This document shows, one piece after another, positions 52,356-64,000 of a stretch of DNA of 64,000 bases. The translations under genes were made by a program, and so were the position numbers. This DNA comes from Octopus vulgaris (lineage: Eukaryota), in assembly GCA_951406725.2 (NCBI GenBank), contig OX597819.1, positions 120,714,001-120,778,000 of the forward strand, read 5' to 3'. Within the stretch, counting starts at the first letter, position 1. Each line of letters starts with the position of its first letter. Below the pieces are notes generated by a model, which was not told the DNA's origin, did not search any database, and worked only from the letters and a program-made list of their open reading frames with translations.

Positions 52356-53046
52356 TATATATACTATTACTCTAGTCAGGGAAAATCTTTTTGTCCTAGA
52401 AAATATATTTGGAGTTGGCAGCTATGAACTCCATGTATTAAGTGTTCGTGAAAGAAAATTGGCGTAAATATAAATAAAGCATTTTCTGGTTATTGGCTTC
52501 AACTTTGTATCTGAGGCAGTGCTGATACTTGTATCTATAAAGCACGTAGGTCGATATATTTATCTGATAGTAAGCACTTTATTTACGTCTGGTTATGTAC
52601 AGTATGCCTAACTACATTCGATCGAAGAATATTTAGTTTCAAAGTAATTTTAGCACCGTCCTCATGCACACGACCGTTGGCTCCTAAACACGAACGAATA
52701 TCACAGTTAATATTGAACTTGTTGTCACAATTACTTTAATATCAAACATACTTTAGGGTGAATCCATTCACGTACGGCCTTTGTGTCCCGGTATAAGGCA
52801 CGTCATGTCGATTGGAGCTCAAATCGACCGAAGAATAGTCTCTGTATAAAAGGAAATATTTCAACTCGTTTACAGGAGAAGTTATTGGTCTCCCACCAGA
52901 ATTTATAATCGTAATAGTTTTAATATTCATGCTAACATTAGATATAAGTCGTAATCACACAATGCTTACATATGTCTTGGTATACCTATGTATCTTGGTA
53001 TTCCTGCTAACGGAGCCGTATATGTGTATATAATACATACATCCAT

Positions 53047-53118
<72 letters not shown>

Positions 53119-53190
53119 GGTTAGTATTATGCTAAACTGTCGCATGTCCACATTTGGTCAAATACATTTTTTTTCAATAATCATTTTGCT

Positions 53191-53806
53191 AAGGCGGCGA
53201 GCTGGCAGAAACGTTAGCACGCCGGGCGAAATGCGTAGCCATATTTCGTCTGTTGTTACGTTCTGAGTTCAAATTCCGCCGAGGTCGACTTTGCCTTTCA
53301 TCCTTTCGGGGTCGATTAAATAAATACCAGTTACGCACTGGGGTCGATATAATCGACTTAATGCCTTTGTCTGTCCTTGTTTGTTTTCTCTTTGTTTATC
53401 CTCTTATGCGTAGTAAAGAAATAGGAATTTCGTCTGCCGCTACGTTCTGAGTTCAAATTCCGCCGAGGTCGACTTTGCCTTTCATCCTTTCAGGGTTTAT
53501 TAAATAAGTACTAGTTACACACTGGGGTCGATATAATCGGCTTAATCCGTTTGTCTGTCCTTCTTTGTCCCCTCTATGTTTAGCCCCTTGTGGTAAATAA
53601 AGAAATAAGAAACGTTAGCATGTTGGGCGAAATGATTAGCGGTATTTCATCTGTCTTTACGTTCTGAGTTCAAATTCCGGCAAGGTCGACTTTGCCTTAA
53701 ATCCTTTCGGGGTCAAGAAATTAAAAACCAATTGCGTACTGCGGTCGATCTAATCGACTGGCCAATTCCCCTAAAATTTCGGACCTTGTGCCTAGAGTAG
53801 TAAAGA
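53191..53806 (+). mobile_element. SINE family B trimer (B, B, A tails)
   Basis: Junctions GAAATA|GGAATTTC and GAAATA|AGAAACGTTAGC. Confidence 0.9.
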
Positions 53807-54098
53807 ATATTCCTTTTTGCTTGCAATACCCGGTTCTTTTTGCCAAATTATCGTATCTCCAGCTGCTTCAAATGTCAAGGTATCAAAAACTGACGAAGTG
53901 TGTAGTACAACGGATTTACAATGGAATGGCGGAAGTATGTTTTCGTTTTCTGAAAAAGCAATGTTTTGGACTTACAACACTTTTGTATAATAGCAACGAT
54001 ACATGGCACAAACACACACACAGACACACACACATATATGCATATATATATATGCATATATATATGCATATATATATATATGTATATATATATATGTG

Positions 54099-54157
<59 letters not shown>

Positions 54158-54364
54158 GTATATATATATATATATACACGCATATATTTATCTATTTATA
54201 TACATCTATGTATGTATGTATGTATGTATGTATGTATGTATGTATCTATCTATCTATCTATATATATATATATATATAAGCAAGAGAGAGAGAGGGAGGG
54301 AGAAGGAAAGATAGATATATAGACAGAGAGTGACAGACAGATTGATAGGTAGACAGATAACTAC

Positions 54365-54406
<42 letters not shown>

Positions 54407-55043
54407 GTATACACACGGCCACACAGACAAATACACACATATATAGGTAGATACGTCCATATGCATGAGACTGGACAAAGGATGAGAAAGTTTGTTGTTT
54501 CTTTTTGAACGTTGTGCTTTAGCTTTTTTCTCCTCTATCTCTCATCGTCTCTCGCTTTACATGTTATTACACCTACAGATACTAAGAAAAGCACGCATTT
54601 TTACGTAGTCGTATACATTTACATACACACAGGAGTCCGCACAAGCACACATACACACACACACACGTACAAAAACAGGTATATTATGTTTTCGAATAAG
54701 CACACAGAGATATATAACATTCACCTTCGTCTACACATATATCTCCTCTTTCTATTATGGTATATCCGGTGATATTGTAAGCCGTTTTATTGATTAAGTG
54801 AAAATATAACAAGATAGCAGAGAATTATTGTGAAAATTAATGAGATTATAAAACGGTACATTCATTTCAAAAATCTTTTGAAAACTATTCTAAAATGATA
54901 AGAAACTTTAAATGTGGAATGGAAGATTTCTTTAGCCAAACATTCGCATTTGTAGATTTAAAAAGAAAACAATCTGCTATGTTATACATTCACACATATA
55001 CACATACATACATACAAATGTATATAGATAAACGAATACATGT

Positions 55044-55193
<150 letters not shown>

Positions 55194-55247
55194 GTATGCA
55201 TTCATATACACACACACATATATATATATATATATAGATGAATGTAT

Positions 55248-55300
<53 letters not shown>

Positions 55301-56597
55301 TACACATACACAAATATATATATATATATATGCATGTATATATGTATGTATATATATATGCATGCCACACGCATGCATACATGGATTTGTATATATATAC
55401 ATATTTAATTCTTGTTTGTATAAATTCTTTTTATTTCAAAAATTCATTATTTTTGCCTGAAACCGCGAAGAAACCTTTTTTCAGAGATTTTGACTAAGTT
55501 TTACTGACAAGAAAATCATCGTTGCTACTCTCTGATATTTCTCGCGTGTTTGCTTCGATATCAGTATATACGTGTGTGTGTATGTGTGTATATGTGTGTG
55601 TGTGTGACACTGTGGCTATGCATATGTATATATATGTATATATGTATATATATGTATATATATGTATATATATATGATAGTTTGTGTAACAGCTTTTGTT
55701 TAAGAATGTTATTTGTTGCCGCTTTTTGTATGTTTTTCTTGATATTTTGTTTTTGTTACTGTTGTTGTTGATGTTGCTGTTGTTGCTTTTATGCATGGTA
55801 TTTGTATTTCTAAAGTGTCTTTAATCTAAATTTGTTACAAAAGTTTCATCTTAATCTTTTTAATATGCACGCACGCAAATATCACACGCATACGCACACA
55901 CACGTACAAACACACACACACACACACACATAATATTAAACACGCTCACCCACTTACACACACACACATACACACACATACACACACACACACACACTCA
56001 CACATACACACACAAACATACACACGCTCAGGTAGACATGCTGATTCTCTGATATACACAATCGCAAATAATACGCGCGCACACACACACGGACACACAC
56101 ACGGACCCCCCCCACATACACACACAAACGTAGCATATGTATACGCACACAAACATATACACACACATATATGCACGAACGCATTTGTGTATTACTTTTA
56201 TATTTACATAAATATATAGAGACGGATATATAAAATTTTTGATTCACTCACAAAGCACACATATTTACGTAGGTACATATATCCATATACATATATATAT
56301 ATGTATGTATATATATATATATATACGCACATACACATATATATGTATGTATATATATATATATATACGCACATACACATATATATGTATGTATATATAT
56401 ATATATACATATATATAAAAACACTCATACACACATATATGTATATATGCTTACATACATATTCTATATACCACACACACACACATATTACTGATATACA
56501 TGTATATATAACTTATAGATCTATGTCTGTATATATATTTTATTCATATACAAAAACATATATTGTATAATTCATAAATGCGTACATACACGCATAT

Positions 56598-56635
<38 letters not shown>

Positions 56636-56704
56636 TTACTCCCCTTATTACGTATGATTCTAATTAGAAATAAATGAATATATAAATGTATATGTGACTA
56701 TATT

Positions 56705-56840
56705 CTTTTCTACTCGAGTCATTATATCGACCCTATTACGTAACTGGTAATTAATTCATCAACCCCGGAACGATGAAAGGCACAGTCGACCTCGGTGGAA
56801 TTTGAACTCAGAACGTAAAGACAGACGAAACATTCGCCAT
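56705..56840 (-). mobile_element. SINE family B fragment
   Basis: GTCGACCTCGGTGGAATTTGAACTCAGAACG. Confidence 0.7.
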
Positions 56841-57143
56841 CTTATATGAGACTGTATTTGTGCGTGTACCCGTATCTATGCTCATGAATGTAAACTAGTT
56901 TTTTTCTTTTTTTTTTTTTTTTTGTTTCATGCGCGTTCGTCACTTCAATTACACCAATGGCGGAATAGTTACACGATTAAGTGTATTATAAATATTAAAA
57001 TTCAACAAAGATTACTTGACATATCTGTCATATCAACTGTGTATGATATTTCATTATTGAATAATTTTTTTCATTCTACACTGAATCCATTTGTGTATAG
57101 ATTTTCTTTGTGTTATATAAGTCTGACTAACTTCTAAACGTAT

Positions 57144-57624
57144 CGTCGGTTACAACGACGAGGGTTCCAGTTGATCCGATCAACGGAACAGCCTGCTCGT
57201 GAAATTAANNNNNNNNNNNNNNNNNNNNNNNNNNNNNNNNNNNNNNNNNNNNNNNNNNNNNNNNNNNNNNNNNNNNNNNNNNNNNNNNNNNNNNNNNNNN
57301 NNNNNNNNAAATTAACATATAAGTGGCTGAGTACTCCACAGACACGTGTACCGTCAACGTTGTTCTCGGGGAGTTTCAGCGTGACACAGTGTGTGAGAAG
57401 TCTGGCCCCATTGAAATACAGGTACAACAGAAATAGGAGGAAAGGGTGAGAGAAAGTTGTGGTGAAAGAATACAGCAGGGTTCGTCACCACCCATTGCTG
57501 GAGCCATGTGGAGATTTAGGTGTTTTCGCTCAAAAAATACTCACAATGCCCGGTCCGGGAATCGAAACCACGATCCCACGACCGCGACTCCACTGCCCTA
57601 ACCACAGGGCCATTGCACCTCCAC
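57144..57624 (-). mobile_element. SINE family C spanning an assembly gap
   Basis: Homologous to 28857-29239; TSD TCTAAACGTAT at 57133 and 57625. Confidence 0.85.
57209..57308. other. Assembly gap (100 N)
   Basis: Directly visible. Confidence 1.
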
Positions 57625-57967
57625 TCTAAACGTATACCAGTTGTTGATGTCCTGTTGTTTGTATTTGTAATTGTGTACCATTTCTCCGTTGTTTTTCGTC
57701 CTTGCTTTTTTATACATTCGCTTGCTTTCTTCCAAAGAGTCTACTGCTCTTAGCTTAGATTTTCTTGGGGTTGGCCAGATTGGGGCAGTCTCGAGTGTTA
57801 CTGGCCGAAACTGAAAAGACGATCTGGAACTCGACTGAGGATAGTAAGCTCCGAATGACCTTATTTTCTCCTGTCCTTTTTTGTATCGTCTAACTATTAA
57901 TATATATATACGCATATATTTGTATGCATATGTATATGTATTTACTTTTAGGTAAATGTAAATATAT

Positions 57968-58369
57968 AGGCGCAGGAGTGGCTGTGTGGTAAGTAGCTTG
58001 CTTACCAACCACACGGTTCCGGGTTCAGTCCCACTGCGTGGCATCTTGGGCAAGTGTCTTCTGCTATAGCCTCGGGCCGACCAATGCCTTGTGAGTGGAT
58101 TTGGCAGACGGAAACTGAAAGAAGCCTGTCGTATATATGTATATATATATGTGTGTATGTTTTTGTGTCTGTGTTTGTCCCCCTATCATCGCTTGACAAC
58201 CGATGCTGGTGTGTTTACGTCCCTGTCACTTAGTGGTTCGGCAAAAGAGACCGATAGAATAAGTACTGGGCTTACAAAGAATAAGTCCCGGGATCGATTT
58301 TCTCGACTAAAGGCGGTGCTCCAGCATGGCTGCAGTCAAATGACTGAAACAAGTAAAAGAGTAAAAGAG
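57968..58369 (+). mobile_element. SINE family A, full length
   Basis: Close match to the other copies. Confidence 0.92.
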
Positions 58370-58875
58370 GTACTTTTGGCATATATTGTACTAATAACGG
58401 TAAATTAATTGAATTGGTAAACCAGAAATCGGACGAACAAGAATTAACCCCACAAAAATATTTTTACTAAATCCCTTTTATTCATTTACTCACTGTCAGC
58501 CTTGTGCTAATGCTATGGAATTTGAAGTGGTTTTAGCATCATTTGACGTCTATCTCGAGCATATAGGTGCTGTTTCTCAGTACTTTTAATTATATTTACA
58601 TCTACATAATTATATATCTATATTAATCTTTACATATGTGGTTTTTGTTACATGCTGGTCACTAATAAGATCATTAATTGATTTTATCCCTAATTATGTA
58701 TGCTTATATATTTATTTATTCACTCAGATCCTGATATTTGCCGCGGTATTACCTTGATGAAGTACGCACGTGGTTTAAGATAAATAATCGGATTTGCCTC
58801 GTATATATATATATGTGTGAATATATGTGTGTATTAGCATATATACACATGTGCTTATATGGGTATGCATATATA

Positions 58876-59422
58876 TTGGGTTGTCCGGAAAGTTCGTGCC
58901 GATATATAGTAGCTTACCTTTCGACTTATTTTAGAACATGTTTGAGTCCATAAAATAGGATTTGACTACACCACCATTTAGAGCACAGTTTAAGCTATCT
59001 TTTCGTGGAAGAAGATTTATGTTCCTATAACCTGTGTTAATACTGTAACCCTTTAAAAAGATAAGAAAGTTCATTTCCGGAACCAGACAAAACTTGCTAC
59101 AGCTCGGCTGGGATGTGTTGCACCACCATCTATTTTCACCAGATATTGCTCCTTCGGATTTCTATTTATCCAGGTCTCTGCAGAATAGTCATAATGGTAA
59201 AAATTTCAATTCCTTTGATGACGTAAAAAGAAACCTTGATGAATTATTTGCCATGAAACCAACCTCAATTCTGGGAATAGGGTATTTTCAAGTTAAAGGA
59301 AAGATGGAGACGCATTGTGCAACAAAATGATTCATATTTGGTTGATTAAAAATATAATGGCAAGTATTTATTGACTCTTTTCTTTGGTTTAAAAAGCGGC
59401 ACGAACTTTCCAGACAACCCAA
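58876..59422 (+). mobile_element. Non-autonomous mariner, same family as 43068-43631
   Basis: Same TIR, TA TSD, LQLGWDVLHHHLFSPDIAPSDFYL remnant. Confidence 0.92.
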
Positions 59423-59469
59423 TATTTAAATTCATGTACATTTCTTATATTCGTCTGATGACGATAAAG

Positions 59470-59521
<52 letters not shown>

Positions 59522-59574
59522 ACTTTCCTGTTTCTGAAGAAAGATATATATATATATATACATATATATATATT

Positions 59575-59671
<97 letters not shown>

Positions 59672-60200
59672 CTATATATATACATATATATAAGGTGGTT
59701 CACCAACATGGTCACAGTCTGAAACAAGTAAAAGAATAATAGAATAAAAGAATACACATATGGGTGTGGTCGCCGCGCGTGCGTGTATGAGTGTTTGTGT
59801 GTAGAATGTACAAATGAATTATATGTCCAGCGCTAATATCAATAAATCATGGTCAGCAGCTTGGCCAATTTCTAACCGTAGAGAGGAAAGTGAAAATGAG
59901 ATAGAACACGAGAGAGAGAGTTTGAGAGACAGAGAGAGAGATGGGCGGGTGAATAGAGGAGAGAGAAATGGAGAGAAAAGAAAGAGAGAGAGAGAGAGAG
60001 GAGGAAAGAGAGAGGGCGAGAGAGTATGAGGGTCCGAAGATGACCTGAAAGGATAACCTTACGCCAAAAGGCCGAAGTACAATGTTTACATTTGCAGGAT
60101 TTTAATTAGGAATGTACTCGTGTACGACGCACTTATTTTGCCATTCACCCATAAAAACTATATATCTGCTAGCAGATCCCAGTAGTAATACCCACTTTTT

Positions 60201-60368
60201 AGGTGCAAGAGTACCTATGTGTTAAGTAGCTTCCTTGGCAACCACATGGTTCCGAGTTCAGTCCCACCGCGTGGCACCTTGAGCCAGTGTCTTCTACTAT
60301 AGCCTCGGACCCAGCAAAACCTTTTGAGTGGATTTGGTTGACGAAAAGTGTAAGAAGCTCGTCGTATC
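60201..60368 (+). mobile_element. SINE family A head fragment
   Basis: GTTCAGTCCCACCGCGTGGCACCTTGAG. Confidence 0.75.
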
Positions 60369-60385
60369 TATGAATATATATATAT

Positions 60386-60466
<81 letters not shown>

Positions 60467-60665
60467 AGTGATGGAGGGTGATAATTAGCACCGCCTTTGC
60501 TAAAATACGATTTAAATTAACTCCAAAGCAGCTAAAGCATTATACTTAATGACTAGTCATTACCCACCCGGTCATTTTTGTGACCTTTATTATTTCTGCC
60601 ATTAGGGTTTAATTGTTAATTAACCACCCCCTTTCATTTGTATTTACGTATGTATATATATATAT

Positions 60666-61507
<842 letters not shown>

Positions 61508-61514
61508 TACATGT

Positions 61515-61765
61515 GTGAAGGCGCATAGCTTAGTGGTTAGGGTGTTGCATTCACGACTCTGAGATCGTGGGTTTGATTCTGAGGCTGGGCGTTGCCTTGT
61601 GTTCTTAAGGAAAGGAATTCATTTCACTGACATGTGGCACCTGTTGTACCTGTACAGGTAATGTCGATTTCATGGAGGGAGTGCGTTCATGTCTACAAAA
61701 ATCTTTGATCACTATAAATAAATAATTTGTGTGGTTGTTCGACAAGAAATTGCCCAACCCTCATA
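61515..61765 (+). mobile_element. tRNA-derived SINE with a family D-like head, degraded
   Basis: GTGAAGGCGCATAGCTTAGTGGTTAGGG...GGTTTGATTC. Confidence 0.65.
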
Positions 61766-61777
61766 CATAGTCTATTA

Positions 61778-62296
61778 TGTATGTATGTATGTATGTATAT
61801 ATGTATATATGTATGTATGTATGTATATATGTATGTATATATGTATGTATGTATGTATGTATGCATGCATGTATGTATGTATGTATGTATGTATGCATGC
61901 ATGTATGTATGTATGTATGTATGTATGTATGTATGCATGCATGTATGTATGTATGTATGTATGCATGCATGTATGTATGTATGCATGTATGTATGTATGT
62001 ATGTATGTATGTTTGTATGTATGTATGTATACATGTATGCATGTATGTATGTATGCATGTATGTATGTATGCATGCATGCATGTATGTATGTATGTAAGT
62101 ATGTATGTATGTATGTATATATGTATGTATTTATGTATGTATGTATGTATGTATGTATGTATGTATGTATGTATGTATGTATGTATGCATGTATGTATGT
62201 ATGCATGCATGCATGTATGTATGTATGCATGTATGTATGTATGTATGTATGTATGTATGTATGTATGTATGTATGTATGTATGTATGTATGTATGC
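61778..62296. repeat. (TATG)n satellite
   Basis: Directly visible. Confidence 0.95.
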
Positions 62297-62300
62297 GTAT

Positions 62301-62496
62301 ATGTCATTATTCAGTTTACATCAAGATTTCTTGCCAATAGAGAAAGAACCGGTTTCTAACCTAGATCCAAGGGCCCTTCATTGGAATTTCAACATCAGCA
62401 ATACGGTATTTTTGTTTGTTTGTATGTATGTATGCATGCATGCAGGTATGTATGTATGTATATATGTATGTAAGTATATGTATGTATGTATGTATG

Positions 62497-62543
<47 letters not shown>

Positions 62544-62620
62544 CTATGTGCAGATTTGTATGGTTTGCTTTATGCATGTATTCTCATGCATATTAGTTGC
62601 ACATCTAGACATGCTCATAT
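62301..62620 (-). mobile_element. (CATA)n-associated repeat, same family as 8096-8304
   Basis: Two homologous blocks separated by an internal TATG/TA expansion. Confidence 0.7.
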
Positions 62621-62901
62621 ATATTTAAATGATAAACTTCTGGAAAGTTTTACAGATTTTTACAGTTCCAGTGATGGACTGGATCTGTTGCCTTCGAATT
62701 AGCTTTCTCCTTTCTGGGTTTTGAGAAGCATAATTTCTCAAGATTGATATTTAGGTAGTGTGTTAGACAATCCAACGTATGTATGTATGAATGCATGTAT
62801 GTATGAATGTATGTATGTATGTATTGATAGATGGATGGATGTGTGCATGTATGTATATATGGATGGATGGATGGATGGATGTAGTGATTGATCTCGTATA
62901 T

Positions 62902-63135
62902 CAGCGATTCTGAACCATTTTTGCTACCTGGGGACCCCTTTAATTTCTCTTTTACTCAGGTGGGGCCATATAACCATTTGATCTTTACAAGATCCCATTA
63001 TATTTTACATAACTGTATATCATTAGGGATTATATGAAAAAAATGTTAAAATAGTTCCTGTATTGTAAAGGTACAACCAATTTATTGCACACAAATTTTA
63101 ACGACAAGGGTCAGGTGAACCGGGTTGAGAATGCT
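62902..63135. mobile_element. hAT/Charlie-type MITE remnant
   Basis: CAGCGATTCTGAACC ... GGTTGAGAATGCT termini. Confidence 0.5.
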
Positions 63136-63259
63136 TTATCTATGTGGAAAACTACGGCCATATATTTAGCTTTATATATTGTTTTTCTTCTGTTCTTTTA
63201 CTTGTTTCAGTCATTTTGACTACGGCCATGCTGGAGCACCGCCTTAAAGGAACTTGTCT

Positions 63260-63441
63260 AGGCGCAGGCGGGGCTGTGTAGTAAGAAGCTTGCTTCGCAA
63301 CCACATGGTTCTGGGTTCAGTCCTACTGCATGGCGTCTTGGGCAAGTGTCTTCTATTATAGCGTAAGGCCGGCCAAAGTCTTGTGAATTGACTTGGTAGA
63401 CGGAAACTGAAAGAATCCCGTCATATATACTTATGCATACA

Positions 63442-63475
<34 letters not shown>

Positions 63476-63988
63476 CTTTTTATCTTATATTAAACTTTTA
63501 ATAATTTTGATAATTATATATATTTAATTAAAATAAATAAATAAATACATAAATAAATAAAAAATAAAAATAAAAATAAAAATATATATATATATAAATT
63601 TATGAATATAAATTAATAATTTAAAATTTTTAACTTTAAATTTAAATAATTTAAATTTTGAATTTTATATTTTATATATTTTGTATATTATATTAATTAA
63701 TTTTATTTCTATGTTTTGGTTTATGTTTTTCACTGTTTGATTTGCCTAATAGTGGTTTTATCTCTAATTTATATATATATATATTTGTATGTATATGTTT
63801 GTGTGTCTGTGTTTGTCCTCCCGCCCATCGCTTGACAAAGGATGTTTGTGTGTTTGCGTGCCCGTAACTTTGCAGCTCGGCAAAAGGTAACGATAGAATA
63901 AGTACTAGGCTTACAAAGAATGAGTCCAGGAGGTCAATTCCTTCGACTAAAGTGTGTGATCCAGCATGGCCACAGTCAAATGCCTGAG
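63260..63988 (+). mobile_element. SINE family A with an AT-rich internal insert; an inverted tail fragment precedes it at 63193-63246
   Basis: Head AGGCGCAGGCGGGGCTGTG; tail CCAGCATGGCCACAGTCAAATG. Confidence 0.8.
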
Positions 63989-64000
63989 ACGTGATATAAT

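Noticed and set aside
60033-60080. Hammerhead-like CCGAAGA...AGGCC-GAAG (similar weak cases near 17115-17150 and 57775-57812)
   Set aside because: Core or stem III broken; too degenerate to call.

Overview
This is AT-rich, microsatellite-saturated animal DNA, most likely from a coleoid cephalopod such as Octopus. That assignment is inferred from memory of the SINE, Dong/R4 and Penelope repertoire and was not checked against a database. I found no credible host protein-coding exon, rRNA or CRISPR array. Nearly all listed ORFs are translations of microsatellites or SINEs. The window contains about 35 tRNA-derived SINE copies from at least four families, CR1/L2-type LINE remnants, mariner/Tc1/hAT remnants, a non-autonomous Helitron, a Helentron-type element, and Penelope-like (PLE) termini. 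The main signal is a high density of hammerhead-ribozyme (HHR) motifs from several unrelated families. One is a non-coding element built as tRNA-like Pol III head, then (AAT)n, then a minimal HHR, then a tail, inserted as a fold-back inverted dimer with a target-site duplication (25587-26671; second copy near 47200-47505). It is a candidate Penelope-mobilised ribozyme SINE. Other points of interest are SINE multimers with fixed re-entry junctions, a SINE/LINE shared 3' stem-loop with covarying pairs, and a 100-N gap that appears to be zero-length. Coordinates were read by eye; boundaries of degraded copies are approximate.
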